64,000 bases of DNA from Nageia nagi (lineage: Eukaryota; Plantae; Pinophyta), in assembly GCA_050084985.1 (NCBI GenBank), contig JBITNC010000001.1:136090001-136154000 (forward strand). The letters are read 5' to 3'. The notes under the pieces are model-generated. The model searched no databases. It was not told where the DNA came from and saw only the letters and a program-made list of their open reading frames with translations. The position numbers were made by a program, and so were the translations under genes. This document shows positions 1 through 12,600 of this stretch, piece after piece (position 1 is the stretch's first letter; each line of letters starts with the position of its first letter).

Positions 1-3000
1 TCAAAATAATGTAAGTGGGAGAGATAAGAAGATACTAAAAAAAGCATGGACCCTTGAACAATATGCAAAGTTTATGTATGAACCAAATACAATAACTCCT
101 ATTCAAATACCTATGTGGGAATCAAGCATTGATGTTGATGATGATGACGATAATTTTGATGAAGAAAATGGAATTGATAGTTTACTCAAGTCCCTCTATC
201 TTCATGTTGATGTAGATGAAAGAGATGATTTAGAAATAGATAGCATGTATAGTTCTTACAAAAATAAATTGTATGAAGGAACAAACATAACTATATTATC
301 AACAATCCTAATTTTGATGAACATAAAAGAAAAACATGGACGGTTAGATATAAGTTTCACTTCTCTTTTGAGGTATGAATTTTATTTTTTTTATAAAATT
401 TTAATTTTAATGAAATTAAGTACATAAATTATTTTTAATTAGTATTATAGGTTACTAAAAGAAAATTTATTTCCAAGTGATAATGTCATACCAAATCTAT
501 GCAAAAAAAGTACATGATATTATAAAGGATGTAGGGTTCAAGTATAATTCATACCATGAATGTATTAACAATTGCATATTGTATAAAGGAGAATAATGTG
601 ATACAAATATTGAATGTCCAAAGTGTAAATAATCAAGATACAATGAAATAGGGAAAAAATTCCAAATAAAGTTGTTCATGTAATACCAATCCTTCCTAGG
701 TTGGTGCAAATATTTTGATGTAATTCACTTGCAGAGTTAATAGACTAGCATCCAAGAAATAGAATTGAATAAGGTGTGTTATGTATACATGTAGGTAGTA
801 AAGCAATGAAACATATAGAGGAGGTGTGGCCCAAGAAATTTAAAGATGAACCTAAGAGTGTTAGATTGGGTTTAGTAATGGATGGTGTACATCCATTTTT
901 TGAATCAAATATCCACTTATTCATGTTGGCCTATTGTTATAATCAATTATAACATACCTTCATGGATATCTATAAGAAATAAGAATTTGATGTTGGCTGT
1001 TATAGTCCTTGGATGGAAATAGGTTAAACACATGGATGTCTTTTTAAACTAGTAATTGATGAGTTGTAGCTCTTATGGAAAGGAATTCAAATGTATGATA
1101 TAAATAGACCTATCAATTAGAGTTCATTAAAATGTTATGGCATACTATGTTGGACTATACATGATTATTTTGGGCTTTCTATTTATGTAGGTATGCACAT
1201 ATACATGTGAATATTTGATTTTACATAACCATATGAATTATATGTATTCTCTAAAAACATTTATCATAGATCTTTGTAGAAAAGGTTATCATGCTTGTCC
1301 ACGATCTACGAAAACTCTTTCATAAAGATTTTCAATTTAGATGCATAAGATGGGATATATTGGCCATAGTAAATATTTTCCATAGGATCATACTTTTCAA
1401 AAAAGGAAGCCTATGGTCGAGCACATAAAACCCATATTCATCTTTACAAAACTCCTATGAGTTGGTTCATAAATTATTAATAATGTATTGAAAATATTAG
1501 AAAGAGATCTTGTGATGAAGGTAGTACTTTAGGGTTAGATGATGAGATCATTATTGGTAAAAATGATTTACCAGTAGGTGAAATCTTATACAGTACAATA
1601 TATTTGTAATATGTTTATTATTTTGAAAATATATAATATTTATTATGAATTGGTTACATGTTTTTAGGCATGAACAAATTATCAATATTTTATACATTGG
1701 AATATTAGATGGAATTGTTAATGACACATTTAATGGATCCTATACACATTGTAAAGAATGTTGTCTATTCTTTGTATTGTTATATAATAAAAAAAAGAAG
1801 TAGATACTGATTCCATTAGAAATGACTTAAAAGATATTCAAAAAATGAGATCTTTATGGATAACTTACTACGAAGATGGAAGAAACTAATTACCTACAAC
1901 AACATGTCTTATGAAAAAAGATGAATTGGAAAAGTTACACAAACTTATTCAAAACATTAGAATACCAACAAATTATGGATCATCTCTAAGAATTGCATTC
2001 AATGCTGATGGTAAAATCATAGGATTCAAGACTCATGATTACCAAAAATTCATGGAGGAATTGATCTCATATTATATTTTCCACATTTTCTATCAAAGTA
2101 AAAATATTTACTATATTTATGCTCATAATTTCTATAGCATATTTTTCCAACTGCAATTCATGGATGTGGGGGTCTGCATATTGATCTTAAAAATGCAATT
2201 GGTCAACTATAATTATTTCTAAGGTCTATGATGTTATAGTATGGCTCTATGAAAAATAATATAGCATGCATTTATTCTTATTTTCAAATATTTTATGCAT
2301 TTTCATATGTAATAATTTTACTATAATATATTTTCATGAATTGGTGGTTATCTTCAAAGGAGATACATGTGGCTACAATAGATCAATGGCATAGAGAAAT
2401 TGTTGAAATTGTCTACAAATTACAAAAATAATTACCACCTACTTTTATGGACATACAAGTGCACCTATTGATCCACCTAGTAGATGATATTGACATGGGA
2501 GGTGTTATGGGTGTTAGACACATTTTTTATGGAGATATTTTTAAATGTACTAAAGAGATTTGTTAAACAATATTCACGACCAAAAGGATGTATGGTTGAG
2601 GGATACATTATACAAAAATAATTTTTTATGCAAGTGAGTATCTATCCCAAATAGATCCTTCTACCCCAAATATGTGGAATGTAGACAAAGATAATGAGAA
2701 ATTAGAAGGGAAGGTCTTAGAAATAGGCATAACAATATATTCTCTTAAAAAAATTAACTATGTTTTAGATATGTACATGCACTTTAGTTTTACAAATTGT
2801 ATAAATGCTTAATTACTAGCTAACAACTATGTATTATGGATTTATATATTATGACCTTCATGAATCTATAAACCAATTTATCATGATGCATTATGCATGT
2901 TTCAAAAAATTATATTGAGTTGTATCAAACTAAAAGAAGGGAAATTGAACAAGAACTTATATTTTTTCATAGACAAAATCAAAGGGGTACATCTAGTCTA

Positions 3001-4733
3001 TATCAACATCTAAGAGAGCAAAATTGGCCATAAGAATTTTCAAGGTCATGGATAAAGAATGAAATTTAAACAAAATAACAAGTTGGAGAAGAAAAATATA
3101 TGAAGATTATTAAAATGCATTAAATATCACTATAGGATGCAAGTTTGAGGTAATTGTTTTTATTAATATTTTTATAAAACTTCAATTTTGATGTAAATAT
3201 GTACAGGCACTAATAAGATTTTTCATGTAAATATGTGCAAGCACTTTCTTTCCTTGCAATGTGCGCATATGGTCAACACTTTAGAATTGAAAATAATGAT
3301 GAGAGAAGAATGATATTTGATTGTGGAGTGATGGCTAATTTTGATCAAGAAAGTTTTGCAAGTTCAAGACATACAAACTTGATACAGGGAAAATTAGAAT
3401 ATGTTGGAAAAATCTAAGAAATTATACAATTAGATTATAGGTCATTCCAGTGTGTGATATTTAAATGTAAATGGTTTTATACACTTGTTAGAAGAATAAT
3501 CTTGTATGATAGACCTAGTGATTACTTTGTAATTGACTCCACACATATTTACTTGATAACAAAGAGACTTATATTTTACAATAGCATTGCAGTCAAATAT
3601 TTTTCATCCCAGATGTTGATGATGACAAAAAGTGGTTTGTAATTAAATGTAATCCTAGAGGAAAACATATTGTACATCTTGATGAGGAAGATAATTTGTA
3701 ATGATAATATTGTAATTGATATGCTTATCATATTTATCTTGAACTTTTTATATGTATATCTTGCTCATTACTTGTGGTATGATCTATGAATGCTTTAATT
3801 ACTCTTGGTATGATCTATGATCTATGAACTTTTCAAATGTTGATGATCTATGAATGCTTTGTGAGTTGTACTTAGTTTTGGTACATGCTTAAATATACTT
3901 AATTACTTGTATTTAAATCCATAGTTACAATTAAAAATGGTATATTTACAAAAAGAGCACAATTGAATAATGAAGATGGGCTTGAATTGATTTTTTTGCT
4001 TATAAAATGATAAAGCAACTATGAATTCATATAATGACAAATTAAGACAATGATATTAGCTTATATAATGTTTTATGGAAGTAAGGTTCGTTAAAATATG
4101 GTGTCTTACAAATCCAATTTACTCCACCTTCAAAGGAAACACATGATAAATTATTTTCCATCATTTGAATCTATTGATTATGCATCATCAAATGAACAAG
4201 TTTAAGGGAATCATTCAAGTATGACTAATCATTACAAGTTGTGTGTAGAAAACCTTAACCATATTTGCATCATGCATCTTGTAAAATAATTCTCAAGCCT
4301 TTATAATGTGTGTTTTCTCATATTTTGCATTTTTTTTCCATTAAATTTGAAAAACGTTGAATGTCTTAGGTACTAAAATTTCACAGTAAAAAAGACTTCA
4401 AAATTTTTATTTTCCTTGTATAATTTTTTCCTACATAAAATGGTGTTTGAATTTGTGTCTTAATGCCTTAGGCAATCTCAAAAACTTATTTTATCGATTT
4501 TTATTTTAGATTCTAATGCAAAAGTTACTTCCAAATTTATGCCATTTTTTGCATCCTTTACCATATATTTTTGCATAGTATGTTGCATCCATTTTTGCAC
4601 CAAAAAAATAAAAAAAATAAAAGAAAAAAAATATTTTGATGCATGTTGATGTAGGAAGATGCAAATTAACATTGCTTTTCATTTTTTGTGATTGAAGATG
4701 CAAAAAATGATGCAAATTGACCTTATGGTAGTA
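1..4733 (+). mobile_element. CACTA (En/Spm) DNA transposon, 3' part, degenerate; 5' end outside window
   Basis: Contains a TNP2-type transposase fossil. Subterminal TTTTGCATC/GATGCAAAA motifs in both orientations at ~4520-4720. Ends ...CCTTATGGTAGTA (4721-4733), i.e. a CACTACCATAAGG TIR with terminal G>A. The flank after 4733 matches the uninterrupted LTR end at ~18329. Confidence 0.8.
74..3700 (+). pseudogene. CACTA TNP2/Transposase_21-like transposase pseudogene, including DUF4218/DUF4216-like C-terminal parts; intron-containing, many stops and frameshifts
   Basis: Motifs in the expected order: HECINNCILYKGE..CPKC (~555-630); FKDEPKSVRLGLVMDGVHPF (~840-900); YSCWPIVIINYNIPSW (~920-965); LCWTIHDY (~1145); KGYHACP (~1285); LMDPIHIVKNV (~1730); IPTNYGSS..GFKTHDY (ORF 1911-2222); PPTFMDIQVHLLIHL (~2435-2480); RPKGCMVEGY (~2580); YGQHFR..DCGV, EYVGKI.EIIQLDY, IFKCKW (3235-3480). 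GT..AG introns, e.g. ~373-450. Confidence 0.9.
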
Positions 4734-4771
4734 GTTTTAATTAAATTAAAATTCCTTTTTAAGTGCTAATA

Positions 4772-5349
4772 TAAAATTTAGAAAAGCCAAACTATAGATT
4801 ATTTGAAGAGATTTTGAATAGTTTGGAATGTATGATGAAGAATCCATTGAGGTATTCATGAATAGAGATTAAAATATAGTTAATGGCATTCATTCATATG
4901 GTGAGGAACTCAATGATACCTAGAAAATAGAGAAGGTTCCCAAAATACTTCCCCATAAGTTTTATTCTATCACCATTACCATTTATGATTCTAATAAATT
5001 AACATAGGTCTCTTTAGTTGAATTTCTTGGAAGCTTGTAGACCTATGAACATAGGATCAAAGACCATTATAGTGACCTTGATCAAGCATTATAAGGGAAA
5101 CCCAAAATGAATGACTAGTATTCCACTTCCTCTAGTTTAGAATCTTCTTCAAGAGGTCATGATAGATATTATGGTGGTAGTTGTTGTGGACAAGGAATTC
5201 ATGTTAGAGGAAGAGTTCAATTAGCTGGCATAAGCCAAATGTTATCCCAAAAATATTTATAGACATATTCACAAAAAAATTTCAAAGTATTGACATATCA
5301 ATTTTTAAAATTATCTTGGAATTCAACCCATTCATATTAAGGGGAAGAA
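4772..5349 (+). pseudogene. Ty1/copia remnant: gag (UBN2/Retrotran_gag_2-like) joined directly to RNase H C-terminus and PPT
   Basis: AKL...DEESIEVFMNR..NIVNGIHSYGEEL...LPHKF...LVEFLGSL, then an RGRG tract, then DIFTK and ATTAAGGGGAAGAA (PPT) before TGAAGG at 5350. Confidence 0.8.
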
Positions 5350-6210
5350 TGAAGGGACTTAATGTTCCATAGTTTGAATTCCATTTTTGGATGTATTATC
5401 TATGTACCTCCTTCCAATGATCACTATGTGATATTCTTCACCTACTTAAATTTATTTATATTGTAGGTATGCAGTTGAGCTCTTAATGCTCATAGTATAA
5501 CATCTTTGCAATTTGATATTCTATAACAATAGAGTCATGGATGGTCATACCTTCTATCAAATTTTTTTTCTAATTATTTAAATGAACTATGATTTGTTAG
5601 ATTTCTTTGAGTCTCAAATAATCCATTTGGATTATACAAAGAGGGACATCATTCCCATTATAAAATAATGCTTATATTATAAATATATGTTATATTTTTA
5701 TGAAATAATAATATAAAGAATTTATTTTTATCTATAAATTTATTTTTCACACTTTCATACATGTTTAGTGACTATCCATGAATCTAGCTCTTCATGTAAA
5801 CATCTTGAAGTTAATATTAGATATTATCTACTCTTAATATCTATTTTTTAGTTAGAATATACTAATAAGATTCTAGTTTTGTACTTTCATTAATAAGTTA
5901 TCAAAATTTTCTTACTTTTTTCTTGTTTTGCATCTTAGACAAATTCATATGTGTAAGTCTTTGATTTAGATCTTCATCCTTGTGATTTTTGTTACTAGAG
6001 TTACATTCAAACCCTGATCTCCTTACTCACACTAATCAAATCTATAATTTTGACCCCTTCATAAACATTACATAACCTTAACTTCAAAATCAAGCATGTT
6101 TCAAGGTTCTTGGGTTCTTTCCTTGCTTCTCAAGTACCTTTCATGCTTTATCAGTTCCTTCTTAAACTTGTTCTAATTTCATTGCTCCTACTCACTTGAC
6201 ATTTATTATA

Positions 6211-6442
6211 TTTTTTTCTACCTTGGTTCAAAACCTATCTTATTTATATCATAATCCTTCACCCAAGTCTTACCATATTCACACCCTTCTCCTACCTTAT
6301 CAAATTTTCTAGTCCTGTATCGGTGCTATGTCATAATTTTTTTGTACCTTGGTTCAAAACCTATCTTATTTATATCATAATCCTTCACCTAGGTCTTACC
6401 ATATTCACACCTTTCTCCTACCCTATCAAATTTTCTAGTCCT
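6211..6442. repeat. Local tandem duplication, ~126-bp period
   Basis: CCTTGGTTCAAAACCTATCTTATTTATATCATAATCCTTCACC occurs at 6221 and 6347; single copy in the paralog (~24808). Confidence 0.9.
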
Positions 6443-6691
6443 TCTCCTACCTTATCATGCTTTTTCATGTTGTGTCATACCTTGATGTGTTATGTCATGA
6501 CTTTACAAGCCTTAATTTGACATCATCATTCTTATTACATAACACTTAATTTTTCTCATTTTTTCTACATTCTAGTAACCCTATTACTAACATCACAACT
6601 CCAAAAGTTTTGCAGAACAACCTTACTCTTTGTGTTGTAGTCTAGGAAAAATTCTACTAACATCATTACTCTCACTATCTAGCATTCATTA

Positions 6692-9600
6692 TGTTGAATA
6701 TTTTTAGTGATCCCTAGGAAAACCTTAGTATAAACTATGCTAAACATTCACATATGATAATATGAAAACAATCAAATAATAGGGAATAAAATAATCTGAA
6801 ATACTTGAATAATGAAATAATGTATAAATGAAGAATTAAATTTATTGGATCATATTGAATGCCAAATAAACATAAGGAGATAAGATATTTGAAAGAGATA
6901 AATACCTATCACCTTACCTAGATTTAGAAGAGATATACAAATAAGAACTTTTCATGGATAGGTGATCTTGATATGTGAACTCCATACCAATAATAAAGAG
7001 GAACACCAATGCAAATGTGTATGATAGTATGAATGTTGAGCTCAGGAATAGTAGCATTAATGCAAAATAAACTATGGTCACTAAGCTTCCATTCATGAGT
7101 AGAGTCTAGAACCAAGATCTAAACAAATGATAAGCCTAATCTAGTATATAATAGCAAATTAAAAAATGATAGTGCTCATGTGATAATCAAATCTATATCC
7201 CAATAGGTTGTGTTGAAGAACACCTTGGAAGATAATAAACATGGGAACATTAGGAAGATATGTGATGATGAACTTATGTAAGTTCTTCCCCCTCTTACAA
7301 GAAATTGTACTCCTTCATATAAATCCTTGAGAATAGCACCAATGTTGGGTTACCTACAAGAATATAAGGATACCACATGAGTAATATTCTATAATGAGAT
7401 AACATAATATATAATCATATAAATGATATAATATAATATTGATATAATAAAATGCTTAATAACATGATAAAATGTCAATATGATAAAATACCTAAGTGGG
7501 ACCACCTTAAGTGGACAAAAATTAGGTATCAATAGATGCCCCATTTGCAAGTATAATGAGAATGAAATTATCTTGAAATGAAATTATTCTTGCAAAGGAA
7601 GTAGATAAGAAGGAGAAGAAAACTTTTCTACTTCCCTAGTTTAGTTATAGAAATATCTAACCATCAAGGATTGATGATATATGTTGCCTCCATTTTACCT
7701 TATTTTTGATATGAAATGGCTATCTATGTAATGAGAACATCGAATAACAAATATTGAATTAGAAAAGGAGACACAAAAAAAACCTTCCAAATATACATAT
7801 GATGATAAAATTCAAATAATATAGCAATGATAATGAGAGAAATAATCATCATAAGTGAATTATATCATCATGGTAACTATTAAATGGTTTTAGTGACCCC
7901 TAATATTAACCTGGGTAAAAACTATAATAAACATTAACATTTGATCATACTAACAAAAAAATGAAGTATAACATAATGGAAATGAAAAAAGAAAATACTT
8001 AGACTATTAGATAAAGATAGTATTAATGCACTAATGAGAAAGGGATCATGAAATAACTACATTAATATTATTCCTTACCTAGGATAAGTTGATTATATGT
8101 AGAATGAGCTTATTGAAGAGAGATGGCTTTGATGTGTGAACCCCACATATAATAGTAACAAGATGATTAGTGTAGATGTATATGGGAACATAGTTGCTAG
8201 GTATTGAAATAGCAGCATGGGCATGCATGCCGATATAGATGTTGAAGTTCTAATCAAGTGAGCTTTTCCACCAAGGATCAATGATAATATAATATCGATA
8301 AGTTAATCCAAATATATAATTATGGAAGATTGAATGATAGATATTCTCAATTGATAATAAGATTCTAACCTCAATAGGAAGCATTGAGAAACACCTAAAA
8401 GTAGGTAACAACTATCAAGATGAAATCTTGATGCTTTCCCATATAGTCATACTTACCTTTAAATATGAAAGGGTGCCTCCATATAGAAGCTAGCACTGAT
8501 GTTGAGGTACCTTGCACAAATAAAGAAAATATTACATGAGAGATGTATTAAGTGGGCCAACATAATATATATGATATAATATGATATTAATGTACTGAAA
8601 TGATATAATATTAACATAATAAAATACTTAAGAGGGTAACACCTTAGGTGGACCAAAATTATATATCAATAGATACCCCCCTTTGCAAAAATAATGAAAT
8701 GAAATTTTAATGATATGTAATTCTATTTACAAAGGAAGTAGAAAAATTTGATACTTTCCTATTTTGTAGTGGAATAGTATGATCATCAAGGTATGATGAT
8801 GTATATTGGCCCCTCTATACCTTGGTTATGAGATAAAATATCTTGAATGAAGTAAAATCAACCAAGGGTAAAGAATAATTATTTGATGATTATGATGAAT
8901 GTAATAAGACTAGCATGAATTCTAGTGTGAGTTTGATTGGTTATATCAGTGTGAACATTGAGGATCCTGAAAAAAAAAAAAATATCTTCCAAAATAGAAT
9001 ATAAAGCTTAAAAATATGTTAGATCATAATATCATGAAAAATTATATCATAATATAGATACTTAAAATTATAAGAGGATACATCATAATAAAAAGGATCA
9101 TAACAATTATCATGAAGTGATGATTAATACCCCAACCAACAAAGGGAGTGATCATAACCATAGCAATAATTTTCCATAACAAGCATAACATGTAAACAAA
9201 GATCATAAGTCATGTATATGATAAATAAGGCTATTAAGGGAGATAACCTTTTCATTCTTGAGGGAATGCCTCCAAAATAGAGTAAAAATTGAGAATATGC
9301 CCCCAGTATGGGTGCTGGGTTACTTATGTATTTTATCATATAAAATCACTAATCATAAACTTGTAAAATATTTTTATTGATCCATTATGAACTTAAAACC
9401 ATTCATGTTATCCTTGTAATATTTATTGAAATATTTCATGTATAAATTCCTTTGCTAAACCATAATTAAATTAACAAACTTACAAAAACTTGACCATAAA
9501 TAGACTAGTAGACAAGATGATTGACATAAGCTTAACAACTTGACAAAAAAGATAGAAATATATAAGAACATAATGAGATGATAGTTAATTATATCCCCAA

Positions 9601-12600
9601 CCAACAAAGGGAGTGAGTGATGATTAATTATGCCCCTAACCAATAAAGGGAATGAGTGATGGTTACTTATGCCCCCAACCAAGAAAGGGATAGTATGGAA
9701 TGCATTATGCATTAATTTAGTCTACATAAAGATGCATAACTAACCTACATGAAAATGGAATTCTATCCCATATGAAAAAGATGGAAAATATTACTTGATG
9801 AGTGTCTTTGTGAAGTGAAACTTTTATGTTTATTCCCTTTGAATGAAGCTTATTTTATTTAATCTTTAGCAAAAGGGTGTAAGAAGGAATGTTCTTTTGG
9901 TTTTACCTTCTTTAGATATGTGTGAATGGTCCTTCTTGGAAAATTTATCCTTTTCCTTGATCTATGATGGTAGTGCAAGTGTTTCCCCTAGTGCAAGCAC
10001 TCAGTATCCAAGGTTGCTTCTAGGTTATAATCAACTAAAGAGGTATCTTCATCTAAAACTTGATATGTCTTCATGCTTTCTTTGTCAAATTTATCTTATT
10101 GCACTTTCTCTTGTTTATCAACATCTTTATCATCATAGTTGACCATGTTGACTATTTGGTGAATGTTTTCATATTCTTCTTTTGTTTTATCTTCATATTC
10201 ATTTTCAATATCTTGAGTAATGGATGCATCATCTTCTAATTGTATTGATCTAACATGTCTAAAATAAAAAGAATCATTATGGATAACTTCAGTATCTCCA
10301 AGGGTATTTGTAGCAATATTAGAATTAATAAACCAATTCTTGAAAATAGTATGGATAACTTATCTATGATAACTAGATTTCATACATAAATCATATAAGT
10401 TAATTTTATTAGAAAAATAATCATGATTACAAAATATTTTAGTCTTACCTCCCTTCTTACCTAATTATTCATGGCATAATCTTCAACAAGAGTAACCATT
10501 TTGACCATATTGTTGTATCCTTCATCATTGAACTCCTTTATAGTTTGTGTTTTAGTTTTTTCATTGGTAATATAATTTTCTAAAAGCTTATACAACTTAT
10601 TCTTCAATTGAACACACACATTACTACAATGGCCATTGACTTGATGATACAAATAATGATTGTTCTCCTTATACCAATGGGGCTTCTTTTCATCTTCACC
10701 ATATCCTCTTCCCTTTATAGGTTCTATCAATTCCTTTTCTCAACAACATTTAAAAATTTGTATGGGAGATTATATAGGAAGCTTATAAAAAGGCTCTTTT
10801 TCTTCTTCATTTACACTTTCTTCAACCATATTTACTTGATTCTTTTCATTCCTTTGATATGAGTTTTTATGATTGTCCTTGCTAAAGGATGTATACTTAA
10901 GTTGAGTAAATATTAATAAAAACTTTTATTTCTCAATAAGCATGTAAATAATATCCATAAATGGAGTTTTAACATAATCAAGAGCTCTTTCAATAAGAAT
11001 ATGATTAACATTATCAAGGAATACCTTTGCTATGAATTTCTCATCCATCTTTTATTCCATTGATCTCTAAATCTTTACATACCTTTTCATAAACTTTTAC
11101 AATCTTTCATATTGACCTTGATTACAATGAATCAAATATTTTAAATCAATAGGTTTCTAAATATTAATTGGAAGTGCCTTTTAACATCATCTTTTAGCTA
11201 CTAAAAAGAAGTAATTGAAGCAAGTGCCAAATTATGAAACCACTTTCTTGCATCACCAATCAAACTTATAGGAACATATTTAGCCTTTAAGTAATTATTG
11301 ATTCCATATTTCAGCTCCATGATGTACTAATATGCCTGAAAATGACTAATTAGATCTCAATCACCATTAAATTTTTCTAATTTAGGTTTCTTATCTATTC
11401 CAGTGAGGATAGTATTGTGAATTGCTATGCTCAAGGGGTTACCTTTATCATCTGTATGGTCAACACCTATCCCAAAATGACTCTAAAGAAAATTTGTTCT
11501 CATTTAAAACTACTTAATTTGTTCTATTATGGTATTCAAATATGTATCCCCAATGCGGGAACTGATGATAGCATTGGCATTACCCCCAACATTCAAGATA
11601 GCATAATATTGCTCTAATAATGTTACCATGTCTATTACACTTAAAGAAATATATATCAAATACCTTTAAAAACATAAGGATTTTGGTTGACAAAAAATCA
11701 TCCAAAAATATCATGATATTGTAAAATATGATCTAAAATCATTAAAATCTCCCAATATGAAACATATATATGTGAGATAAGATTTTCTAATTTAAAAACA
11801 CACCAAATCGACTAGAATAAGCTTGAAAATTTGAATTTTTATACAAAAATATTTTTAACCAAAGATTTTAGAAAAATGCATGCAATAATCTCAATTTCAA
11901 TTTTAAAAATCTTTCTATCATGAATATCTAGGGTTTAGAAAAACATTAGGGCACAAACAACCACTAAATCTTCAAAAATTAAGTTCAAAATCTAGGGTTT
12001 TATGCAAAAATGTAATTCCATAAAAATTGTTCAACTCAAAATTCCATAAAAATGCATGCAAATAAACCCAATCATACTTCTAAAATTTATCTATCATGAA
12101 TATATAAGGTTTGGGCAAAGTTCTAGGGCATAAACATGCATAAAATCTTTAGAAATTAAGCTCAAAAATGAGGGTTTAGACCAAAATAAAATTCTACGTA
12201 ATAAAAACACCTTTAAATTTTCAATAATTTAAAAGTAATAAGGGTTTCTAAATTCATAGAAAATTAAGAAAAATAAAGACCAAATAACACCTACGATTTC
12301 TTATGAAAAGTTCCATAGAAAACATGATGCCCTAAAAATGAAAAATATAGTTTTTTTTGCTTTTTTTTTAAATGTGGTAGGTTTGAGAGCACTTTCCAAC
12401 CCTAATTAAGATATGGGTATGATATAAAATGTGGGCATCAATTTGTTGAATGTTTCTTATGAACCCTAATATTAACCTATGTAGAAACTATAATAAACAT
12501 TAACATTTGATCATAATAATAATAATCTGAAGTATAATAGATTGAAAATAAATAAAATAAATACTCAGACTATTTGATTAAGATAACATTAATACACTAA

